A stretch of DNA of 22,845 nucleotides from Candidatus Heimdallarchaeota archaeon (GCA_016839945.1 JAEOTE010000118.1:1-22845), one strand, 5' to 3'; shown: positions 1 to 8,988, counted from the stretch's first letter. Program-made: numbers and translations. The notes: generated by a model not told the origin, from the sequence alone.

Positions 1-1
1 T

Positions 2-1471
2 CAAGATATTGCTTCCTTTGGAACCATTATTGCCACCATGTAATCCGAAAGGTGGATATTTTCTTCTCTCGCTTTGTATTGATAAAATAGCTTCTTCTGT
101 AAGTAATCTTACTGCACGACGAACACTATTACTTCCAGACCATTTCCCTGATCCGCCTGTATTAGGAATAATTGAATATTCTTCTATACCCAATGGGTAG
201 TATCGTTCTAGAACTTCAACAGAGGTGTTCCTTGTATTTGTCATGTGACTATGTTTAGCATTTGGTGGAGAATAATTTTTTCCAGCTCCTATACCTCCTG
301 CAATTGTTTCATAGTAAGTAAATTGATTGCCTTTGGTGTCTAGACCACCTATTATTATATTGTTCATGGTCCCACTACTAGCAGCTGGTACTTCCTCAGG
401 GAATAATTGCGAAAATGTTCCTAACATTACATCAGTTATTCTTTGACTTGTTTCAACATTTCCAGCAGCTACACCTGCAGGAGGGACAGGATGAACTAAC
501 GTTCCTTCTTTTGTTATTATTTCCAAAGGTTCGTAAAGCCCATGATTAGTTGCGTACTCTCTAGAAACCAAACAACGTAAGATATAGTATGTAGCTGAAT
601 ATGTTACAGCAAATGGAGCATTAATGTTTCCTTCTACTTGTGGATCTGTTTTACTGTAATCAACAATCAGTTTCTCTCCTTTCCTTTCTAGTTCTGCTGT
701 AATAGCTACAGGTTCGTCCTTTACCCCATCATTATCCATCTAATCAGTATAACTGACCTTCAGATTCTCAGGAATCCTCTTAATGAGCTCCAAAGAAGCT
801 TTCTTAGATCTTTCATTTAGGAAGGACATAATTTGCTGAACTCGTTCTAGTGAGTATTTTTTAAGAAGAGAATGGAATTTTTTCTCTCCAATCTTAGTAG
901 AAGCTAATTGAGCTTGAATATCACCTCTTCTTTCTTCTGGTACTCTTATTTTTGATAGAAAATCATTGAACCATTTATTGTTTAAAATCCCATTTCTTTC
1001 TAGTATTGTAGGATCTATGACATACCCTTCCTCTTCTAGAGTATATTTTCCTCCTGGCATAGACCCCGGCACTATACCACCAACATCTGCATGATGGCAT
1101 CTATTTGCAATATATCCAACTAGCTGTTTATTGAAAAAAATAGGTTTCACAACAGAAATATCTGGTAGGTGTGTTCCTCCCAAATATGGATTATTTACTA
1201 TGTATATATCTCCATCAACTATATTCTCATTACCAAAATATTTGATAAGAGCCTTTAATCCTTCTGGCATTGCTCCTAGATGGACTGGTATGTGTTCTGC
1301 TTGTGCTATCAATTTCCCATCTTGATCCATTATAGCACTTGAGAAGTCTAGTCTATCTCGGATGTTAGGAGAAAAAGCTGAACGTTGTAGTACAATTCCA
1401 GTTTCTAGTGCCACATTAGTTAAAGCTTGATTAATCACTTGGACTTCAATTAAGCTAAACTTTGAACTCAT
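2..1471 (-). CDS. hyuB: Hydantoinase B/5-oxoprolinase family subunit, interrupted by one in-frame TAG at 740-742; 3' end runs off the window
   Basis: N-half motifs: RSAFSPNIRDRLDFS, HIPVHLG, NNPYLGGTHLPD, HHADVGG. After the TAG the same frame stays open: MDNDG...GNINAP...GNVETSQR...GTMNN...YYETIAGG...HMTNTRNT...YP. ATGA overlap with subunit A at 1468-1471. Confidence 0.88.
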
Positions 1472-3549
1472 TCTTTTCCCTCCATTGTAATATATCCCAA
1501 CCTATCAACAATTCCTTGAACTTTGGGAGGTATCACAGTTGTTGTATCCAACTGATCTATTATACATGGCCCCTCTAGTACGTTATTCGTAAGAAGTTTA
1601 GATTTCGCAAAGACAGGAGTATCAAACCACATTCCATCAAAGTTAACCTTCCGACTCTTCTTGTAGGAATCTTCTGGAGGTTTTGGTGTCCCTTCTGTAA
1701 GAACAGAGAGTTTTATTCGTGGAACTACTCCTATACCTATTACTGAGATGTTTACAATCTCCACAATCAGTTTTTTATCAAACCAAGAATAGTTCTGATT
1801 GTGTAATACATGAAACTTGTTTATTACATCTTCAAGTTGATTCTTCTTGAATGGAATTGTAATATCAAGTGTTAAAGAATCAGATTGTCCTTTATATCTC
1901 ATGTCGATTGAAAAACCAAATTTTTGATTCTTTTCCGAAACTTCTTCACTAATCAATGTTGTAACTAACTTTTCTTTGATTCCTCTGAATTTAGAGTTGA
2001 TTTCATCAAAATCTAAATCATCTGTGGTTTGTAAATAAGATTGGGTAATTTCATGTTTTATATCAGATGTAATTAATCCAAAAGCTGACCAAACACCAGG
2101 GAAAGGAGGTATTATTACTCCCCCCATTTCTAGTTCTTGAGCAATATCCCAAGCTTGTAAAGGTCCCGCACCACCAAAACCTAACAAAGCGAAATCTCTT
2201 GGGTCTAGCCCTCTTTGAATGGTTACAACTCTAATAGCGTTTGCTATATTATTATTTAGAATCTTTCTTACTGATATGGCTAAATCGTCTACTGATTCTA
2301 TTTCAAATGGGAACGGTGATGATTTAATTTCATCAAGCAGTTTGTTAAGTTGATAAACTGATTTTTCTTGATCTATGTTTAAATTTCCTGCAAAATTGTC
2401 TTGATGAACATAACCAAGATATAGATTTGCATCTGTTAAGGTTACCTTATCTCCTCCTAACGAATAACAAGCAGGACCAGGATTAGCTCCTTGAGATTCA
2501 GGTCCAACTGAAAGAAGTCCATCTTTGTATTTTGCAATTGATCCTCCTCCACTACCTATTGTTTCAACATCTACCATGCTTGTTACTAGTGGAAATCCAC
2601 CAAAATCTCTTGATCTGAGAACTATTGGTCCATCAATAAGTGCAGAAACATCAGTAGAAGTACCACCTATATCTAGAGAGACTAAATGAGTTCTTTCTAG
2701 ATGCTTCAAACTGTCTGCTGCTGCTAAGACTCCACCTGCTAGACCAGAATAAAGAGTTTGAATTCCAGTTTTACCTACAGTTGAAACATCCGCCATTCCA
2801 GTATTCGATTGCATAATTAGTAAAGGTGCAATAATTTCTTCTTCAGATAATCTTGATTTTAACTTTGATAGATAACTATTTACAACAGGACTTACTTTTG
2901 CATTAACTAGAGTAGTTACGGATCGCTCATATTCTCTGATTTGAGGGCTTATTTCTGAAGAAGTAAAAACATCAAAACCTTTGTTGGATAGATAGTTTGC
3001 AGCTTTTAGTTCATGTAGAGGATTGAGAAATGAAAATAGGAGTGATATAGCAATAGTTTGTATGGATTCTTCTTGTAAAGATAATGCGATATTTTCTAGT
3101 GAAGTTTCCTGAAATGGGATTAGTGTTTGACCTTGACTATCTAGCCTTTCATCTATTTCAAAAAGGAAATCCTTGGAAAAAGAAAGAGGATATTTTTGTT
3201 TGAACTTTAGATTGTATAGCTCAGATCTTTGTTGTCTACCAATTTCAATAATATCTTTGAAACCTTTAGTTGTTATGAAAGCAATTGAAGGGCACTTATC
3301 TTCTAGAAAAGCATTCGTACCAATTGTTGTTCCATGAATTAGAAGCTCAATGTCCTCCTTATCAAATTTGAACAAGTTCATTGCGTTTTTTAATCCTTGA
3401 ATAATACCAATACTCGGATCTTCAGGAGTGGTTGGTATTTTCCATGCTTTTATGTGGTCTTTAGATGCAACTACAAAATCAGTAAAAGTACCTCCAGTGT
3501 CAATACCAATTCTTATTGGTTCCTTAGTATTATTTGGATTCACAAGCAT
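1468..3549 (-). CDS. hyuA: Hydantoinase A/5-oxoprolinase family ATP-dependent subunit
   Basis: IGIDTGGTFTD, HGTTIGTN, REYER, DIGGTSTD, IGSGGGS, GPESQGANPGPACY, FGGAGPL motifs. Confidence 0.93.
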   Translation of the reverse strand: MLVNPNNTKEPIRIGIDTGGTFTDFVVASKDHIKAWKIPTTPEDPSIGIIQGLKNAMNLFKFDKEDIELLIHGTTIGTNAFLEDKCPSIAFITTKGFKDIIEIGRQQRSELYNLKFKQKYPLSFSKDFLFEIDERLDSQGQTLIPFQETSLENIALSLQEESIQTIAISLLFSFLNPLHELKAANYLSNKGFDVFTSSEISPQIREYERSVTTLVNAKVSPVVNSYLSKLKSRLSEEEIIAPLLIMQSNTGMADVSTVGKTGIQTLYSGLAGGVLAAADSLKHLERTHLVSLDIGGTSTDVSALIDGPIVLRSRDFGGFPLVTSMVDVETIGSGGGSIAKYKDGLLSVGPESQGANPGPACYSLGGDKVTLTDANLYLGYVHQDNFAGNLNIDQEKSVYQLNKLLDEIKSSPFPFEIESVDDLAISVRKILNNNIANAIRVVTIQRGLDPRDFALLGFGGAGPLQAWDIAQELEMGGVIIPPFPGVWSAFGLITSDIKHEITQSYLQTTDDLDFDEINSKFRGIKEKLVTTLISEEVSEKNQKFGFSIDMRYKGQSDSLTLDITIPFKKNQLEDVINKFHVLHNQNYSWFDKKLIVEIVNISVIGIGVVPRIKLSVLTEGTPKPPEDSYKKSRKVNFDGMWFDTPVFAKSKLLTNNVLEGPCIIDQLDTTTVIPPKVQGIVDRLGYITMEGKE

Positions 3550-3601
3550 TCAAAATAAAAAGTAAGTTTGTAAATTTAAAGTTTAGTGACCAGAAACCCA
3601 A

Positions 3602-3642
3602 TTTTGTAAGTTACAAAACAATATAAACATTACAATGTTTAT
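3602..3642. promoter_or_regulatory. Two adjacent perfect inverted repeats in a divergent promoter region (candidate operators)
   Basis: TTTTGTAA-G-TTACAAAA (3602-3618) and ATAAACATT-AC-AATGTTTAT (3623-3642), around a TATA-like ATATAAA. Confidence 0.45.
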
Positions 3643-3650
3643 TTTCATAG

Positions 3651-4652
3651 GTGTTTCTGCTGTTTAATAACTTTTCAAGAATTTGGAAACCTGCTATTTA
3701 TCAAGGAAAAACGACAATGAAAAGTTATTTTGAAGGTTGGTATTTCAAAATAGTAGATAAAACAGAAGATAACATTTATGCCATTATTCCAGGTATTTCT
3801 TTTGATAAAGAAGGAAATACTCAAGCTTTTATTCAGTTTTTTAATGGAAAAGAAGTTTCTATGGATTTTTTATCTTTTAAAAAATCAGAATTTCAATATT
3901 CAAAGAATGAGTTTGATGTCAAGATAGGAAGAAATTACTTCAGTTTAGAAGAGTTAGAATTAGATTTTAAGAATGAGAATCTTGAAGTTAAAGGAAAAAT
4001 AAGTTTTAGTGAAATCAAACCTTGGCCTGTAAAAACTTTCTCACCTGGTGCAATGGGTTGGTATAGATTTGTTCCCAGAATGGAATGTTATCATGGTGTT
4101 TTGAGTTTTGATCATAAACTTGAAGGTAAATTAACAATCAATGGAAAAGAAGTAGATTTCACTGAAGGCAGAGGGTATATTGAGAAAGATTACGGACGAA
4201 GTTTTCCCTCGTACTATCTATGGGGACAGACAAATCATTTTGACGAAAAAGGTATTTCTTTAATGGTTTCTTTTGCAAAAATACCTTGGTTAGGAAGCTT
4301 CTTTGATGGATTTATTGTAGGATTCTTGTATAATAACAAATTGTATAGGTTTGCAACTTATACTGGAGCAAAAATATCAAAACTAAAACTAGACGATAGT
4401 AGAGTTATTATTCACGTTAAGGATAAAAAACACAGACTGGAAATTAAAGCAACTAGAGCCGCAGGAGTACAACTTCCCTCACCTATTGATGGTTCTATGA
4501 CAGGCAGGATTTTAGAGAGTATAACAGCTAAAATTGATGTTAAATTAATAGAATTAAACAAAAAGGATGAAATAGTAATATTTGAGGGAGTTGGGAGAAA
4601 TGCAGGTTTGGATATTGGCGGTAGGGTTGAAGAGATTAAAGAAGTGAATTAA
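3651..4652 (+). CDS. Tocopherol cyclase family protein
   Basis: YFEGWYFK, GAMGWY..P.MECYHG, GYIEKDYGRSFP..Y.W.Q motifs; GTG start uncertain. Confidence 0.82.
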   Translation: MFLLFNNFSRIWKPAIYQGKTTMKSYFEGWYFKIVDKTEDNIYAIIPGISFDKEGNTQAFIQFFNGKEVSMDFLSFKKSEFQYSKNEFDVKIGRNYFSLEELELDFKNENLEVKGKISFSEIKPWPVKTFSPGAMGWYRFVPRMECYHGVLSFDHKLEGKLTINGKEVDFTEGRGYIEKDYGRSFPSYYLWGQTNHFDEKGISLMVSFAKIPWLGSFFDGFIVGFLYNNKLYRFATYTGAKISKLKLDDSRVIIHVKDKKHRLEIKATRAAGVQLPSPIDGSMTGRILESITAKIDVKLIELNKKDEIVIFEGVGRNAGLDIGGRVEEIKEVN

Positions 4653-4718
4653 ACTCTTTCTGAATTGCATTCATTTCTAATGGAAACCATTATATTCTTC
4701 AGAGGATATTTCTGCAGT

Positions 4719-5399
4719 ATGAAAGTATATCATGTTTCAAAAAAGGATCTAATACCTCTCAATGAACCTTACAAATTTCTTAATGGTGATGTGTATGTTA
4801 TTGAAACAAACACAGAAATGTGGGTTTGGTTAGGTTCAAAATCCTATGTTGATGACAAGGCTGTTGGTGCTTGGATGGCTAGAGTTATAGAACAGAAGAA
4901 TCAAGATCTGAAAATAAAAACAATCTTAGAAAGTGAAGAACCCACTCAATTCAAAGAGATTGTTGATTTTGAAGTTGTTGAAGGTGATACTCCAGGTTTT
5001 CTTAAACACTTCGAAAAACAAATTCAGAAAGATTTACGGTTGCTTCAATTAAAAGAAGATGATAAAGGAGATGTTGATATCATAGATTTACCAATAGGAT
5101 ATCAATATTTCAAATCTGATGATGCATTTTTACTAGATGCTCAAAAGGATATTTACATCTGGATAGGAAAGGATAGTCAAATAAAAGAAAAATATGAAGC
5201 TGGCAGAATATCTAGAAAACTAGAAGCGGAAAGAAAATTCGCTCCTTTGGTTTATGTCATTGAAGAAGAAAATGAACCAGAAGGATTTCGTGATATGGTT
5301 TTCAAATTAGGCATTAAAGACGGAGTAATAGAATTAAGAACAACTGTAAGTAAGAAAGAAACAAGTCAAGAAAAGAAATGGTGGCAGTTCTGGAAATAG
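4719..5399 (+). CDS. Two-domain gelsolin-family actin-binding protein (Asgard 2DGel-like)
   Basis: Two gelsolin repeats: GDVYVI...MWVWLGSKS..DDK...EEPTQF and SDDAFLLD...IYIWIGKDS..KEK...ENEPEGF. Linker EGDTPGFLKH; C-terminus KKWWQFWK. Start placed at ATG 4719 rather than TTG 4665. Confidence 0.85.
   Translation: MKVYHVSKKDLIPLNEPYKFLNGDVYVIETNTEMWVWLGSKSYVDDKAVGAWMARVIEQKNQDLKIKTILESEEPTQFKEIVDFEVVEGDTPGFLKHFEKQIQKDLRLLQLKEDDKGDVDIIDLPIGYQYFKSDDAFLLDAQKDIYIWIGKDSQIKEKYEAGRISRKLEAERKFAPLVYVIEEENEPEGFRDMVFKLGIKDGVIELRTTVSKKETSQEKKWWQFWK
5358..5399 (+). repeat. Copy 1 of a 42-bp imperfect direct repeat (3' end of the gelsolin gene)
   Basis: GAAACAAGTCAAGAAAAGAAATGGTGGCAGTTCTGGAAATAG; 33/42 identical to 6461-6502. 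Confidence 0.8.
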
Positions 5400-6383
5400 T
5401 TATCTAATCTCTTCGTAGGAAGCAACCCAGTCTGACACTTCATCTAATCTTTTTATTTCATCTTCATCTAGTTTGATTTCTAGTGAGCCAAAATTTTCTT
5501 CCAGTTGTTCAACACTATTTGCTCCCACTATTGGTGCAGTGATGAAATCCTTGGTCAGAATCCACGCTATTGCTATTTGTGTCATTTTGACTTCTTTTGT
5601 TTCTGCAATTTCCTTCAATGATTCATGAATTTTCCATCTTTTAACAGTAAAGTATCTCTCTTCTGCACCCTTACTTCGAGGTGTATCTGGTTTTGGGCCA
5701 TCTCTAGAGTATCTATCTGTTAAGAACCCACCTGCTAAAGGACTGTAAGGAATTACTCCTAGACCATATTTCTTAATCACGTGAAACATTTGGTGCTCTA
5801 CTAGCATTCTTCTTACTATACTATAAGGTGGTTGAACTGTTTCGAATTTGACATATCCATTCTTCTCGCTTTCCCAGAAGGATTCAACTAACATCCAAGG
5901 ATGAATATTTGATGCACCAACATAATTTACTAATCCTTTATCCACTAGGAGGTTTAGTGCATGAAGTGTTTCAGAAATTGGTGTATCATTATCAAAACTA
6001 TGTATCTGATAAAGATCAATCCAATCTGTTTGAAGTCTTTTCAAACTATTGGCAATAGCTTGATGAACATGTCTTCTTGATAAACCTCTATCATTAACAT
6101 CCTCACTCATTGCTCCTCTTAATTTGGTAGCTAAGATTAAATCATCCCTTGTTTCTCTATCGCTTAACCAGTTTCCTATTATTGTTTCTGTTTTTCCCTG
6201 GTAGCTATTGTCTGCCCAGTAAGAGTATACATCAGCAGTATCAAAACAATTTATTCCTAATTCAATTGCTCTATCCATTACTTTGAAAGATTCTTCCTCC
6301 TCTATTCTCCATCCCATTTGCATTGTCCCCAAAATAATTGGAGAAATTTTTATCCCTGTTGTACCTAATCTTCTGTATTCCAT
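5400..6383 (-). CDS. Aldo/keto reductase
   Basis: MEYRRLG..G, FDTADVY, LATK, SLKRLQTDWIDLYQIH, VGASN, PYSPLAGGFLT; start at ATG 6383. Confidence 0.95.
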   Translation of the reverse strand: MEYRRLGTTGIKISPIILGTMQMGWRIEEEESFKVMDRAIELGINCFDTADVYSYWADNSYQGKTETIIGNWLSDRETRDDLILATKLRGAMSEDVNDRGLSRRHVHQAIANSLKRLQTDWIDLYQIHSFDNDTPISETLHALNLLVDKGLVNYVGASNIHPWMLVESFWESEKNGYVKFETVQPPYSIVRRMLVEHQMFHVIKKYGLGVIPYSPLAGGFLTDRYSRDGPKPDTPRSKGAEERYFTVKRWKIHESLKEIAETKEVKMTQIAIAWILTKDFITAPIVGANSVEQLEENFGSLEIKLDEDEIKRLDEVSDWVASYEEIR

Positions 6384-6460
6384 AATAAGAATTAATACAA
6401 GTAAGTTAAAAGAATTGTTTTTTCTCAATTTTAACCAGAAAATAGTTTCTTAAAGCTTGG

Positions 6461-6502
6461 GAAACAAAGGAGGAAATCAAAGGTTGGCAGTTCTGGAAAT
6501 AA
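6461..6502 (+). repeat. Copy 2 of the 42-bp repeat: a start-less relic of a gelsolin 3' end
   Basis: GAAACAAAGGAGGAAATCAAAGGTTGGCAGTTCTGGAAATAA translates to ETKEEIKGWQFWK*; 17-bp exact core TGGCAGTTCTGGAAATA. Confidence 0.78.
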
Positions 6503-6536
6503 TCTACCTTAACAACCTATATCCCTCTACTACAAT

Positions 6537-7328
6537 CTAGATGCCCTTTATTGTATATATAGCAGATAGTGCTGCAAGCCAACTAGTTTTTGGATTAGCT
6601 GGTGAAGGATTGTTTTCGAAAATGAAATTATATTTTCCAACTTCAGATTCAATTTCTATTGTATGAATATTCCTTGAGATTGATGGGTCGGCTATTATTT
6701 CAACAGATGTTTTTTCTGGGCCTAATGTGGAAAGAGCTAATCGTGCAGCGACATTAATACTTCTTGGAAAATATGTGGTAGCAAGTTTAGCGTTTCCTTC
6801 GAATAATACTACAGATGAATTTTCACTTAATTTGATATTGTTTGATTCAATAAATTTGTTATTCCTAAAAGATCTATTTGGTTTTCTAGTTTGGATTCTT
6901 GCATTCTTTATACCAACTAATTTAATTGTGTCAATACAATCAAATCCACCTATAGCTCCTGAGGGAAGAAGAATTTTACTTCTCTGCTTTTCATTAAGAT
7001 TTTGATATTTAGAATATAAATCAGGAAATGTGATAAATGCCCCAATGCTCATAGGTATGAAATATTTTTCACTTTTCACTATTACATCAAATATTTGAGT
7101 AACAACTTCTTGTATTGCGCATTCTATGATAATACTGCAATCATGAAAATCTGTTATTGAACTCATAATTCTAATAGAAGGGTATTCCTCTTTGATCTTC
7201 TCAACTTTTTCTTTATCAATATCATAAACTGCTTGTATTTCTGCATTTTCTATTTTTCCCTCAATTATGGCTTGAATAATTGTAGTTCCTATATAACCAA
7301 TCCCAATTAATCCCACTTTTTTTGTCAA
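6537..7328 (-). CDS. nadX: L-aspartate dehydrogenase
   Basis: GLIGIGYIG Rossmann motif, IECA, SIGA, PSGAIGGFD, FPRSINVAA, NPSPANPKTSWLAALS. Confidence 0.9.
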   Translation of the reverse strand: MTKKVGLIGIGYIGTTIIQAIIEGKIENAEIQAVYDIDKEKVEKIKEEYPSIRIMSSITDFHDCSIIIECAIQEVVTQIFDVIVKSEKYFIPMSIGAFITFPDLYSKYQNLNEKQRSKILLPSGAIGGFDCIDTIKLVGIKNARIQTRKPNRSFRNNKFIESNNIKLSENSSVVLFEGNAKLATTYFPRSINVAARLALSTLGPEKTSVEIIADPSISRNIHTIEIESEVGKYNFIFENNPSPANPKTSWLAALSAIYTIKGI

Positions 7329-7372
7329 TATATCCTACTCCTTTGTTTTACTTTGATATTTTAAGTAAAAAA

Positions 7373-7873
7373 CTACAGGTTTATTATAACATCCTTGGCT
7401 TTTTTACCACTCATATATTCTATATCGATTCTTCCGATATTTACTCTAGATATTGATTTCTCGCTAATTTGTTTATCAATCACTTGTTTGGGATTATCAT
7501 CTATTTTATGAATCATGTTAATCAGAGCTTGTTTTTTCTCCTCAAAATCTTCAATGAAACTAACTTTACCTTTAAACTGTGTAGTGATATATAGGTGATC
7601 ACAATCTCCTTGAACATAGCCTTTGTCTATAAGGGCTTGTCCCCAAACAACGTTGTTTTCACTCAGATAATCTATCTTTTTTCCTTCTTGTGCACAATGA
7701 AAAAAGATGCAATTTTGATCTGGATCATAACCGTGACTCAAAGTAACTAAATAAGGAACATTGTTTTTACACATAGCTATAGTGATGTGATTTGCTTCTT
7801 TAATAATGTCTTTCATTTCATTTTGATCTTCTATTGCTTTTTCCTTTCGTCTAATACCTTTCATTTCAACCAT
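7373..7873 (-). CDS. Pyridoxamine 5'-phosphate oxidase-like / NimA-like flavin-nucleotide-binding protein
   Basis: RRKEK, PYLV.L..GY, FFHCAQEGKK, I.IEYMSGK; start at ATG 7873 or 7864. Confidence 0.85.
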   Translation of the reverse strand: MVEMKGIRRKEKAIEDQNEMKDIIKEANHITIAMCKNNVPYLVTLSHGYDPDQNCIFFHCAQEGKKIDYLSENNVVWGQALIDKGYVQGDCDHLYITTQFKGKVSFIEDFEEKKQALINMIHKIDDNPKQVIDKQISEKSISRVNIGRIDIEYMSGKKAKDVIINL

Positions 7874-7993
7874 AATTCTTTTGCTTGAATTTAAAAATAT
7901 CCTAATGATTAGCACAGAAATTATTTTCAAAGATACTGGCTTAATAGTTATCTTTATTTTTTACTAATCAATATGTAATTTTAGTGAGTTTAA

Positions 7994-8446
7994 ATGTCGA
8001 ATATTATTGATGAAGTTATTGAGCATTCAACCTTAATAAAAGCCCCAATTGAGAAAGTTTACGATGCCATTACAACTAGTGAGGGATTAGACTCATGGTT
8101 TACAGATGGTGCGGAAGTAGAAAGAAAACCAGGAGGTTGGATATATTTTCGATGGACACCTGAAAGAAGTGAAATAACAGAAGGAATAATTGAGGATGAA
8201 GGTCCTGTAATAGAAGTTGAGGTTCCTAAAAAATTCGTTTTTCAATGGTCTCCAGACAATAAGATGTATACAACTACAGTTGAATTAACTTTTGAAGAAT
8301 TTGAAGTAGGAACAAGGATTACTGTTAGGGAAATGGGATTTCAGGAAACTCCTGAAGGGAGAAAAGCCATGATGGGATGTGCAACAGGTTGGGGAGAAGC
8401 ATTAACAATGCTAAAGTTTTATCTAGAACACGGTGTAACATACTAA
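7994..8446 (+). CDS. SRPBCC (AHSA1/START-like) domain protein
   Basis: IKAPIEKVYDAIT..EGLDSWF, FVFQW, GTRITVRE.GF, GW...L..LK.YLE. Confidence 0.88.
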   Translation: MSNIIDEVIEHSTLIKAPIEKVYDAITTSEGLDSWFTDGAEVERKPGGWIYFRWTPERSEITEGIIEDEGPVIEVEVPKKFVFQWSPDNKMYTTTVELTFEEFEVGTRITVREMGFQETPEGRKAMMGCATGWGEALTMLKFYLEHGVTY

Positions 8447-8475
8447 GCTTTTATTCTCATAATATTAATCATAAG

Positions 8476-8751
8476 TTAGGATTTACTAGGAGTCCAATCT
8501 GGGGGGAGAGTATCATCCTCTCCTTCGGGGTCACTTGATACCTTGTTTAATTCTTTTTCCATATTGTTCTTTTCTTTTATCTCTGTATTTTTTTTATCAA
8601 TAAACCATTTCTTGATCTTTTTTGTTTCGGATTCTATAACAGATTTAGGTATCCAAATAGCTTCATCTGTAAAACCCACTATTGGAGCTAGAAAAGCTTT
8701 TTCTGTTTCTCTTTCAGGTTCTCCTATAAAATAATCTGAATATTCTGACAT
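8476..8751 (-). CDS. Small hypothetical protein with an ETEKA...WIPKS motif
   Basis: 91-aa ORF with ATG start filling the gap after tRNA-Phe; the motif recalls small phage-associated beta-barrel proteins. Confidence 0.65.
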   Translation of the reverse strand: MSEYSDYFIGEPERETEKAFLAPIVGFTDEAIWIPKSVIESETKKIKKWFIDKKNTEIKEKNNMEKELNKVSSDPEGEDDTLPPDWTPSKS

Positions 8752-8832
8752 ATTTCTTCATGAGATAATACTAAAGAAACTATAAAAAGATAAAAAGAAT
8801 TTTGCTATCAATTGAAAATACGAAAACAAAAA

Positions 8833-8941
8833 TGGAGCCCAGGGCGTGATTTTCAGCGCATCAGAACGCATCTGAAACAATTCTTGAACACGCGACAACT
8901 GGATCTTCAGTCCAGCGCTCTCCCAGCTAAGCTACCTGGGC
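8833..8941 (-). tRNA. tRNA-Phe: tRNA-Phe(GAA) with a 33-nt T-loop intron (59/60; 8850-8882) and encoded CCA
   Basis: Acceptor GCCCAGG/CCTGGGC, D-arm GCTT/GAGC, anticodon arm CTGGA-CTGAAGA-TCCAG. T-stem GCGTG/CACGC encloses 40 nt instead of 7; TTCA/TGAA central helix with AAT 3' bulge. Confidence 0.93.
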
Positions 8942-8972
8942 ATTAATTCGCTATCTTTTTTCTTTTCCTTTC

Positions 8973-8988
8973 CATTAAAAGTTTTTTG
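8973..8988 (-). promoter_or_regulatory. BRE/TATA-like promoter of tRNA-Phe
   Basis: Minus-strand AAAAAAC-TTTTAAT about 33 nt upstream of G1. Confidence 0.5.

Noticed and set aside
696-712. PYLIS/SECIS-like hairpin after the hyuB TAG (CTGTA-GCTAT-TACAG)
   Set aside because: Only a 5-bp stem; too weak to support a recoding element
8447-8941. Intact provirus or IS element at the tRNA 3' ends
   Set aside because: No integrase, transposase or duplicated tRNA 3' end (att site) seen in the window
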